A stretch of 64,000 nucleotides of DNA from Octopus vulgaris (taxonomy: Eukaryota): NCBI GenBank assembly GCA_951406725.2, contig OX597815.1:155434001-155498000 (forward strand), written 5' to 3'. Positions 24,701 to 37,380 of this stretch are shown here, one piece after another; position 1 is the first letter of the stretch, and the number at the start of each line of letters is the position of its first letter. The translations under genes were made by a program, and so were the position numbers. The notes beneath the pieces are model-generated. The model saw only the letters and a list, made by a program, of their open reading frames with translations, had not been told where the DNA came from and made no database searches.

Positions 24701-27700
24701 TTTACTCTGGTAGGAGCTCTCTGAACTTTAGCCAAGCTATTCTTATTCTTGCAGCTACACTCTCAGAGCATCCACCCCCAATACTGACTTGGTCACCTAG
24801 GTAACAGAAGCTATCAACTACTTCTAGTTTTTCCCCCTGGCAAACAAACCGTTTTCTGCACATTTTCAGTGTTTATTGCCACTGAGCATTCGCCACACAC
24901 AAAAACTATCTTCCCAGTTTGCCTTCCTTTGATATTGCTGCATCTTTTATGTGTGTCCATAGCTTACACTGGGTACATCTTACGGAGTTTCTACTTACGC
25001 CATTTCTATAGATCGAGCAGGGCCATCTACCTCAAGGGATTTGTGATTTGTCTGCTTTCCTACTTATTAAGACAACCTTGCAAGGCCAAGACAACAAAGC
25101 ACACACACGGTGTGTGTGTGCACGCGCGTATATATATTGGGTTGTCTGAAAAGTTCGTACCAATTTATAGCAGCTTACCTTTCGACTTATTTTAGAACAT
25201 GGTGGAGTCCATAAAATAGTATTTGAGTACACCTCAATTTAGAGCACAGTTTAAGCTATCATTTCATGGAAGAAGAATTATGTTCCTATAACCAGTGTTA
25301 ATTCTGTAACCTTTTGACCTGCTATAGACTGTTGCCAAATTATGTTAAATTCAGACGGAGGACTTAAGAAAAAGAGAAGGATACACTGGATGATGTTTAC
25401 ACTATTTGTATAATAAAAGAAATAGTGGGGAGAGAGAAATATTCATCACTCTCAAGGGTGAAGATCTCTCCGCGTCCCACCCCCTCTCTCTTTTATTATA
25501 CAAGTAGTGTATCAAGAACTACATCATCCAATGTATTCTCTTTATCTTAAGCCCTTGGTCTGAATTTGACATAATTTGGCAACCGTTTACAGCAGGTCAA
25601 GCAACTACGAAGTGGTGCCTTCTATATTTTAATGGTTTTACTCTTTTACTTGTTTCAGTCATTTGACTGCGGCCATACTGGAGCACCGCCATTAGTCAAG
25701 CAAATCGACCCCAGGATTTATTCTTTGTAAGCCAAATACTTATTCTATCGGTCTCAAACACACCAGCATCGGTTGTCAAGCGATGTTGGGGGGGGGGGGG
25801 AACAAACACAGACACACAAACATACACACACACACACGCACACATACATATAACCCAAGGTTCCACACAGTGGAACTGAACCCGAAACCAAATGGTTGGT
25901 AAGCAAGCTACTTACCACACGGCCACTACTATGCCTATAAAACTTAAAACAGACAAAATACAGTTAAGCATTTCACCTGGCGTGCTAACGTTTCTGCCAG
26001 CTCGCCGCCGGTTTATTAAAATATTTGGGAGAAATATTAAACTTTGACCCAACCAGCAATGGAAGACCAGTCAAAGTAAAATACTAAAAATAAACGTAAA
26101 TAACATCAATATAAATTCACACAAACACACAAAGTGTGTGTTTATGTGTATTTATATTGATGTTATTTACGTTTATTTACGTGAGGAAAAGAAAATATTT
26201 GTGTAAGGGAAACAACTCTTACAAGCTATTATCTAAACGTACTGGATATATTGACTTGATATATTGAGTTCAGAGGTAAATGAAATTAAACGATAGTCTT
26301 AAAAACTAAATTAAGAGACCAGACAGCCTGATTATCACATAACAAGGCAATCTTGTGCCAGAGAGAAGGCTAAGCTCTTCAAAAACAAATTTCCTTGTCT
26401 AAATATCAATGGTATTCAGGTTAATTTCAGGTTAAACGAATCTTTTCGGTTTGAACGGCAGTTTTTTCTAGTGGTGTCATATGAAATTGACACCCATAAT
26501 TATGACCCTAGTATCGATCTATTGCATTTCAATCTGTTTTAGGGTTAGAGGTGGGGACAAGGGTATCTTTTTTTCTGCATAAATGTAAATAAACCCAATC
26601 TGTTTCTTAAATGAGGGACATATTCATACGGCACAGAATGTTTTCACCCGAATAGACGTCATTGATTGGTTGAAATTGCAGAAATTGAAGAAAAAAATAA
26701 CATATCTTACAAACCATAGAATTTTCTCTATAAAGCCAAGAGAAAAAGATGTTTTATAAACACATTCTACCAGTATACGAAGTTTAAAAGTGTTTAGTTA
26801 CGTAGAAATTATTTTAAAAAACTGCCGGTCAAACCGAAAAGATCCGTTTAAACTAATCACTCAAGGTGGTTAAACTAATCAACTATTAAAGCTTATTTGT
26901 AAAATAAGAATTCCAATGTAAAGCTCTACTTACTTCTAGTTGCTCTGTTAACAGCTCCAAGGAGTGGATAGCTCTTCTCAAGTTCACCAACATTTGACTG
27001 GACAGTTATCTAGAATATACAGAAAACATATTCATTGGATGAACTGTAAGCAAAGAACTTCATTAAAATTGAGTTACTGTTGATTAATGCATAATTTTAT
27101 TAAATTTTCACAACAAAATAAGAGTTCTTTATGTTTTTATACATCATAACCGAGTTTATTGAAATATTTAAGCTAGGGAAATGTAGAAGTTTGAGTTTGA
27201 TCACAGAAGTACTTGTTTCTAAATGAAGGTAATATTTTCCCATGAATGGACTTAGCAACATTGAAAATTAGAAATGAATGACATTTCTTCCATTTTGGCA
27301 ACACTTGTTTACAGCTACCTTGCAAGGCCAACACAACAAGACACACACATGGGGGACATATATATTGGGTTGTCCGGAAAGTTTGTGCCGATTTATAGTA
27401 GCTTACCTTTTGACTTATTTTAGAATATGGTTGAGTCCATAAAATAGGATTTGACTACACCTCAATTTAGAGCACAGCTTAAGCTATCATTTCGTAGAAG
27501 AATTATGTTCCTATAACCTGTGTTAATTCTGTAACCCTTTAAAATGGATGATAAGAAAGTTCATCTTCGGTGCTTGATGCTTTGGGAACCAGACAAAAAT
27601 TGCTGCAGCTCAGCTGGGATGTGTTACCCCATCCTCCATATTCACCAGATATTGCTCCTTCAGATTTCCACTTATTCAGGTTTCTGCAGAATAGTCTTAA

Positions 27701-28451
27701 TGGTAAAAAATTCAATTCTTTGGATGATGTAAAAAGATACCTTGATGAATTCTTTACTAGGAAACCACTTCAATTCTGGGAAGAGGGTATTTTCAAGTTA
27801 AAGGAAAGATGGAGACGCATTGTGCAACAAAATGGCTCATATTTGATTGATTAAAAATGTAATGGCAAGTATTTATTAACCTTTTTCTTACCTTTAAAAA
27901 TCGGCACAAACTTTCCAGACAACCCAATATATATCTATATAGATACATTGAGAGACTAATAACCTGGTGTAGAACTCAATATATGCATGTTTCAGAACGA
28001 TGTTTTAGACAAGTGTAGAGCAGTAATAAAATGAAATGACAAAGGAATAAATGATTATCTTACAAACTTCATTAGCTTACAGCCATTTCTGCTTTAAGAT
28101 ATTGCACTTCATATTCAAGGCTCTGATGATACTATAAGGTATTACTGAGTCCACTGCATCTTTCATAGAGAAAACAGTTGCAAACTAATGAAATACGTAT
28201 GATAATCATTTATTTCTTTGCCACCTCATTTTCTTACATACACACATGCATGGCTATCTACATATTTCCAGGTTCAAGTCCCACAGTAACACCACATGCT
28301 GTTGGCAATTTCTTTTCCTTCTTTGGACTTTTCCTTTTCGATGAAGGGTTATGGTCGAAATGTCAAACTCTCCTTTTTCAGAGCATCAAGCTAACACACT
28401 CCTTGTGCACACCTTTTTGTTATCCATTAATTTTATTCATTTATCTGAATT

Positions 28452-28502
<51 letters not shown>

Positions 28503-31500
28503 GTATAAGGGTTCCTTTCCATTTCTATCAGCCAAATCTACTCACAAGGCTTTGATCAATCTGAGGTTAGGTACCAAGCAGTGGTGCTGAGCCCAAAACC
28601 ATGTGCTTGAGAAGTTTACTTCTTAACCACACAGCCATGGATGTATTTATGCTGAAGAATATAATCAATAATTATCAAAGTCTATCCGATGTTAATAAGC
28701 TTGAAATTAGTTGTAAATTTAAAGTGAAAATATTGAAATTACCTTAATGTCAGAATTTGAACCACCCAAGACTTTTTTCACATATTCAGCCACTTTTGGT
28801 GCTGCCATCCTCTCTGGGTCAGACCCACCAATGTCTCGAGTGACCACTCTAAAAGTTTAAGAAATTAGAAACAATTCTTTAAAAAAAATTTTAGTTTTAA
28901 TAATTCATTTTACAAAGAAAAGCAGAGAGCCTTTATTGAAAACAAATGCTAATTTTTAGTGATTACTTAATATTATGGAACCCAACAGCAGGATGGTCAC
29001 ATGTGGAATACATTTGATCATAAGTTGCTTGATTGGGTCTTACCTGAGTTACCAGGCAACAATAATAACAAAAAGTATTTCACCCATAATGTAATTGACT
29101 CCTCCCCACCTCACCTAAGCTGCCCTTGTGGCAAAAACTTGAAATAATAATTATTATTATCATTATTAATAGTGATAAATTGAAGGTGGTGTGATGGTAG
29201 AATCATTAGCATGCTAGGAATTTTGGAATTTTGTCTATCTTTACATTATGGGTTCAAATTCTGCCTTGGTTGACTTTGCCTTTCATCCTTTCAGGATTTA
29301 TAAAAATAAGCACCAGTTGAACATTGGGGTCAATTTAATCGCCCACAACTCTCAAAATTGCTGGTTTTGTGTCAAAATTTGAAACCATTATTAGTGGTAA
29401 ATTGCTACAAATTTCTTTTAAAGCATCAGACAAACTGCTTTGCAGTATTTATTTCAGTTCTTTACATTCTGAATTCAAGTCCCACCAAGCGTAACATTGC
29501 CTTTTATTCTTCTGGGGTTCCATAAAATAAAGAATCACTCAAGAATTGAGGTTGATATAAAGGACATTCCTGGCAGAAGGGAAAGGTACTAGATGATAAT
29601 TTTAGTCTATTTTTATTTCCAGCTAGGTTCTTGATGGTCAATTTAGTAGATTTGATTTAAGTTGTTACATTGAAATAACTGTATCAAGAAAATACAAATT
29701 TATGTTGTAAAATGTGAGACTTTAGTAGAATGTAATTTTGGATCTTTTCGGTTTGAACGGCAGTTTTTAACATAATTTCTATGTAACTATAAAAATTTAA
29801 ACTTCGTATACTGGTAGAATGTGTTTATAAAACATTTTTTTCTCTTGGCTTTATTGAGAAAATTTTATAGTTTGTAAGATATTTGTTGTTTTTTTTTTTC
29901 TTCAATTTCTGCAATTTCAACCAATCAGTGAGTTAAAAAGTATTCTGTGCCGTATGAATGTGTCCCTCGTTTAAGAAACAGATTGGGTTTATTTACATTT
30001 GTGAAGAAAAAAAAATACCCTTCCCCCCACCCCTAACTAACCCTAAAAGAGAATGAAATGCAATAGATCGATTCTAGGGTCATAATTATGGGTGACAATT
30101 TCATATGACACCGCTAGAAAAACTGCCATTCAAACCGAAAAGATCCGTAATTTTATCTATTTTGACCAACTTAAATTATAACATACCTTCCTTCTTCTAA
30201 AGCTGTGCATACTAGCAGTTCTTTATCTGCAACAGAAGCATCTGAGAACCAAACTCCAAGTTTTTCGGCTTTAACAGCCCTCTCTGGCACATCCTCTCTT
30301 ATCTCAATTGGCTAAAAATATGAAATACATACAAAACCATGCAGTCAAAATAAACATTTAAGGGTGGAGGGGGTAATCTTGTATATAATAAGGGGGGTGT
30401 CAAATGCCAAGATAAGTTTTCAAGTGAAAGTTACAAATGTTGTACAGCATTTTTAAGTGGTTTCAGTTCCTTTTAAAAAAAATTTTTTTTTTTTCAATTC
30501 AATTTTTATTGGCTCAAAAAGCAAAAGCAAGGCCATGTAGGGGGACAGGGAGTTATGTACAGGGAGGGTGGTCATACAAAGAGTTCAGGCCATTTCTGGT
30601 CAAGAGAGACTTCGAATCAAGCGGTCGTCGGCATCTTCACTATCTCGTCCGGCAGCTTATTCCACGGATCTGCAACCCGGACGGAGAAAGCCCCTCTCCT
30701 TCGATTGAGATGAAATCGTCGTAGATAGATCTTTTCAGAGTGACCTCTATTATATCTAATTACTTCATCTTCATTTATTTAAGCGGAGATGTCGTTTGGC
30801 TGAAGAAATTATTTCAGTTAAAAAAAGAAAAAAACTCTAGCTAGATACACATCTTTGAGTTAGAAATAAAATCGATTATCAGATAAAATCATAACAGAGT
30901 ACTGTCCCTTGATCAGATGCTTTTATAGCATATACTTGTCAAACAACTACGGGAGCCGCCACACAGTCACTTAACCTGCTAAACATAGCAGCCAAATCGC
31001 TTTCAAATTTAAAAAAATTCTTTTACTTGTTTCAGTCATTTAACTGCGGCCATGCTGAAGCACCGCTTTTAGTCGAACAGACTTATTCTTTGTAAGCCTG
31101 GTACTTATTCTATCGGTCGCTTTTGCCAAACCACTAAGTTACGAGGATGTAAACACACCAACATTGGTTGGCAAGTGATGGTGGGGGCAAACACAGATAC
31201 ACAAATATATATATATATATTGCCGGTGGCACGTAAGAGGACCATCCGAACAAGGCCGTTGCCAGCGCCGCCCCGACTGGCCTCGTGCCGGTGGCACGTA
31301 AAAAGCACCATCCGTTCGTGGCCGTTGCCAGCCTCGCCTGGCCCCCATGCCGGTGGCACGTAAAAAGCACCATCCGATCGTGGCCGTTTGCCAGCCTCGT
31401 CTGGCACCTGTGCCGGTGGCACATAAAAAGCGCCCACTACACTCACGGAGTGGTTGGCATTAGGAAGGGCATCCAGCTGTAGAAACATTGCCAGATCAGA

Positions 31501-34500
31501 CTGGGCCTGGTGCAGCCTTCTGGCTTCCCAGACCCCAGTTGAACCGTCCAACCCATGCTAGCATGGAAAGCGGACGCTAAACGATGATGATATATATATA
31601 TATATATATACACGACAGGCTTCTTTCAGTTTCCTTCTACCAGATCCACTCACAAGGCCTTGGTCAGCCCGAGGCTATAGTAAAAGACACTTGCCCAAGG
31701 TGCAAGTACAGCAATTTTGAAGATTTTATTTGAATGCTTTTTAAGATTCGGGAAGATGTAGTGACTATGCTTAGGTATTGTTGAAGGAGACTAGATTGTT
31801 ATATTCTCATTGAAGGAAATTATCAAGATTTCTACTTTGCTAAACTGAGTACTTCTTCACGGTGTATATATCTTCTCTTCAACTGTTGCTTGTTACCAAT
31901 ATTTCACTCTTTATGCAGATATCCAACATATTTTAGTTTTCTTTTTCAAAAGGAGTAAAGCACAGAATGTGGAGGCGCAATGGCCCAGTGGTTAGGGCAG
32001 CAGACTCGCGGTCATAGGATCGCGGTTTCGATTCCCAGACCGGGCGTTGTGTTTATTGAGTGAAAACACCTAAAGCTCCACGAGGCTCCAGCAGGTGATC
32101 CCTGCTGTACTCTTTCACCACAACTTTCTCTCACTCTTTCTTCCTGTTTCTGTTGTACCTGTATTTCAAAAGGCCGGCCTTGTCACTCTCTGTGTCATGC
32201 TGAATATCCCCGAGAACTACATTAAGGGTACACGTGTCTGTGGAGTGTTCAGCCACTTACACGTTAATTTCATGATCAGGCTGTTCCATTGGTCGGATCA
32301 ACCGGAACACTCATCGTCGTAACCGACGGAGTGCTTCCATCCAAAGCACAGAATCTCTTCCAGCCGTTTTTATCCTAACGATAAATTTTACTACTTTCAC
32401 TACCTCGCACCAATAATATCACATAACGTTTTTACTGATATCTTTTGATTACCATACATACAAACAATAATATTGCATAACCATGTTGGCATACAGGCAA
32501 TAATATCACATAACCAAAAGGTTCCAGGATTTTTGATCTTCGTCATTAATTTTTGATAACCAGCTTAACAGTATTTTCAAAGAAACAATACAAAGGCAAT
32601 CTACTTACAACATACAATCCTTGGAGTGCTCCCAGTATGGTAACTCTGTGAGATTGTTCAAAGCTACCCTTTACAACAGGAACCAATAACGGCTTTTTAC
32701 ACTTCAATGCTGTAGACCTTGAAAGAAAGTTTTTAAAAATTCATTAAATAATCATAGAATATATATTTTAAATTTGATAAGCACTGTATATATTCATTAT
32801 AATACTTTGTCGTTGTTTATGCACTGAGTTCAAATCCTGCCATGGTCACTTTGCCTTTCATCCTTTTTAAGAAAAGAAAGTATCAATCCAGAGTGGTGGA
32901 CTGGTATCTCTTAAGGCCAACAAAGGTGAGAGACAATCTGTAGCCTGACTTATTAATACTACCTGGCACATTGGGTACCTTTAACAGTGTCTGGTCTGTA
33001 GCAAGTATTCAGGTCAGACTTCTACTTTGAATAGATCATCCTCCTATCTTTCCACCAGTAAAAAAAAGACTCTAGAAATGGTTATGAGCACTGCCTTCCC
33101 ACCTGATTTAAAAGCTAAATTTAAAGAAGCTGACCTCTGATCAAATGTATCTTAGCTGTGACCACCCAACGTTTTGCATATCTAGGATTACAATGTCCAG
33201 TGACACTTTCTTTAGATGGAAGGGAGTAATTTGAAGGAATTTGGCTGCTATTTCTAACATAATAAATGACCCTTATTAGCTCATCTAATATTATGATGAT
33301 CATAGAGGAGTGGGAATGTGGGTGTAAGGATAACAGAAGATACAACTGGAAGACTCTTGGGGATGAATAAGGTACAAGCATATACTAGTCTCAAATCAAC
33401 TTCAATTACAAATACTTATGATCAAGTTTTCCATACATAATCATCCCGTCTATTCGTATATCAAATACAATATTAATACACAAAATCAATTTCTAAAACG
33501 CATTACGATCATAATAATTAGAGGAGTTAATAAGGAAGCCTCTATGTAGTCACTTGATCTGTTAGAAATAACAGTTAAATTCCTTCAAATTACTCCCTAC
33601 AATCCAAAGAAAGGGTCACAGGACATTGTAACCTTAGATATATAAAACATTGGATGGTCACAGCTAAAATAAAAGTAAATTTTGGCTACTATTTCTATAT
33701 GTAGAGTGACCATAGGGTTCACTTCCTAGCTTGCAGGACGCCAGACTATTTAATGTAAAAATATATTACTGCTCGTTTGACAATATAGTATTGAGGTTGG
33801 ATCATTTCAAAGGAAAAGAGCATGTGAAATCACTCCAGATCTATATTTTCCTTCAGATCTCTATATGAAGGTGTACCTGAAGCTTTCCAATAGATACATG
33901 TAATTCAAAACACAACAACTGTAATATACATATAAAGGAGCCCTTTCAATCATGAATGACCATGAAATTGCACCTAGAAAATTCCCCGCCAAGGCACAAG
34001 TCCAGGCAAGGTTGTTTATGGAAGACCAGCAATCACCCATACGTACCAGCCTCCCCTCTTCGTGCTTCTGGTATTATCCCAAGGGAGAGGCAAAAGCCAA
34101 TACAGCTTGGCATCAGTGACGTCGCAACTTATTTCTACAGTGGATTGAAATGGATTGATGTGAAATAAGGTGTCCAGCTCAAAAACACAACACACAGCTC
34201 GGTCCGGGAATCAAACTCACTACCTCATGATTGTGAGCACGACACTAACCCCTGAGCTACATAACTTAATAAATAAATGATGGTAATGTACCCCAATATA
34301 GCTACAGCTGATTAACAGGCTGTAACGAGCAAAAGAATAACTTCAAAAGATTAAATAATGGCACAACAGGCTGTGATAACAGTTAAAAGATAAAATAGTT
34401 TAGAGGATAAATAACTGTTAGACGTCATCTGCATTGAAAAACAAAAGTTAAGTTAGTGCTAAAGTTTAACCATTTAGCATTTAAACTGGCCATATCCAGC

Positions 34501-37341
34501 CTAAATAGTCTACATGATTTATGTTCAAACTGACCAGATGTGGCATCTCACATCTACCCCACTATGTCATTCTAAAAATATGCAACCACATTATTGGAAT
34601 TTATAAGCTACAAGATAATGCACGTTTAATTTTTTTTTAAATTTGAATAAACAAGCATTGAATTAGATGGAGTAATCTGAATGCTAAAGGGTTAAGACAA
34701 AGAACATTTAAAAAATAGAAATCCAACAAGGAATGTTTCATTCAGTGAAAATCAATTAGTCATGGATTCATTGATTTCAGCAGGTACGGGAGACAACTCT
34801 CGTCATCTTAATATGACCTTGTCAGGAAAGGTAGATTGATTCACAAGGTCAGGACATCGGGAAAAAAAATACCTGGTGATATTTGTTCAAGCACTGGAAT
34901 TGATTTGATTAGTTAATCCCTTCTCCCAAAATTTTTGGCCTTGTGCCTAAATTAGAAATTAAAAGTGGCAAGCTGGAAAAATCATTAGGTTGTCAGGAAA
35001 AACATCTTGCAGTAAAGATATATTTGAAGTTCAAATCTACCAAGATCAACTTTGCCTGTTATCCATCCAGAATCGAAGTAGGAGCACAAGAAGCAATATA
35101 ACTGACTAATCCCCTCCCTTCAAAATTGCTGGTTTTGTTCTTAATATAAAAATTAAATTATAACCTCATCAGTGAAGCATTGTTTTCACTATGCTAATAG
35201 CTAAAGTAGTACTGAGAGAATCCAAATAATGGAAGTTGATTGACACAAAACTAGAATTGTTTAGAAAACAAATTGTTCAGAAGACATACATCATCTCGAA
35301 AGAGTCCAGAAGCTGGCTACCCGCATGGTTCTTGGTCTCAAGCATTTGTCTTATGAAGAAAGGCTGAAGACGCTCGACCTTTGTTCTCTAGAAAAACGAC
35401 GACACCGTGGTGATCTCATTCTTGCTCACAACATCATAAGCGGAAAGTGTAACCTCTCGGAAGAGCTGTTCTTCACTCCTGCTCCAGAGCGTCAGCTGCA
35501 GGGTCACTCCGAAAAGCTCTATCTGCAACGATTTCATCTCAATCGAAGGAGAGGGGCTTTCTCCATCCGGGTTGCGGATCCATGGAAGAAGCTGCCGGAC
35601 AAATGCCAACAACCGCTCGGTTCAAAGTCTCCCTTGACCAGAAATGGTCTGAACTCTTTGCATGAACACCACCCTGTACATAACTCCATGTCCCCCTACA
35701 TGGCCTTGCTTTTTGCTTTTTGAACCAAAAAATTAACTTAACTTAACTTAACTTAACAAATTACTTTGTGTCATTTCTTACATTGACACAACACTACATC
35801 TGCATACAAGGGATGCTGAAAAGTTCTTGGCTTTGGGTAAAAAAAATACAAGAGAATTGGTTAATTATTTTATTCAATATATTCCCCTCTCAGATTAACA
35901 CACTTACTGCAGCAGTCCTTCAGTTTTTCTAAGCCCTGTAAAAGAACTCGGAAGGTTGGGCCTCCAACCAGGCTTTTCACAATAGCCTTAAAACCAGGAA
36001 CTTTTCAGCAACGCTCATAGGAGGAGTACAGTCAATGTGAAGTCATATGGCCAAGTGGTTAGAGTGTTGCACTCACAATCACAAGATTATGGTTTCAATT
36101 CCAGGACTGGATAAAGAACTGTGTTCTTGAGTAAAACACGTAATTTCAAATTATTCTGGTCCATTCAGCTTTAAACAAGTAACCCTGCAAAGAACCAGCA
36201 GTCCATTGAGAGAAAATATTGTGATCTTGGTCAACTACACTCTTGGAGTGGTTGGCGTTAAGAAGGGCATCCAGCTGTAGAAACTCTGCCAGATCAAGAT
36301 TGGAGCCTGGTGCAGCCATCTGGTTCGCCAGCCCTCAATCAAAATCGTCCAACCTATGCTAGCATGGAAAGCGGACATTAAACGATGATGATGATGGTAA
36401 CTTGCACAACATGGAAACCAGATGACTGGGCCATATGAGTCTCAACACTAAAATGTCCTAGAGTTGATGGTGATAATATATAGTCAATTAGATCAATACA
36501 ATTATTTGATTAGTCTTTATTTTATTAAGTCTGGAAGGCTTGATCACAAAACTGACCCTGGTATGATTTGAACTTGCAACATAAAGGGGCATGACTAAAT
36601 ACTGCAAAGCATTATATGGGATACTACCAATTCTGCTTTTCCCCTGCCCTACAAAATAATAAAAAAATTTTACTTTTTGATGCCTTTTTCTGCTGCGTCA
36701 CTCCATCTCCTCACATCATCATAATCTCTATTAATGGGACCAGTTGGACTCCAGATCTAAACAAGTAAACATTTTAGAAAATATCACAGGTAAATAGACA
36801 TCAGAATAATCAAACCAATTACAAAACTACAATTAGCAGTAATTATAACAGCAAGAAAAATGACAACTTACCAAACGTTTTGATGGTAAGGCACTGCAAT
36901 GAAGAACTGTCAATTCTTTCAGGTCTCCAACCTGCAAAAATACAAAAATTAACATTTTATTCTTTTATTTGTTTCAGTCATTTGACTGCGGCCATGCTGG
37001 AGCACTGCCTTTAGTCGAGCAAATCGACCCCCAGGACTTGTTCTTTGTAAGACTAATACTTATTCTATTGGTCTCTTTTGCCGAACCACTAAGTTACAGG
37101 GACGTAAACACACCAGCATCAGTTGTCAAGCGATGTTGGGGGGACAAATACAGACACACACACTGACCGCATGTGTACTGTTGGCGATTTTTTTTCCTCC
37201 GTCTTCCCTTCTTTGGATCTTTCCTTTTCCTATGTTTCTGACGAAGAGCTCCGCTCGAAATGTTAAACCCTCCTTCTTTTCTTAGCGTCCAATAATACTA
37301 TACTTGTTCCACGTCCTCGCGTTGTGTTTTCATGTTTGGAT

Positions 37342-37380
<39 letters not shown>

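Noticed and set aside
26540-26555. ttagggttag telomere-like motif
   Set aside because: Fewer than two full repeats and an internal part of the MITE; not an interstitial telomere.
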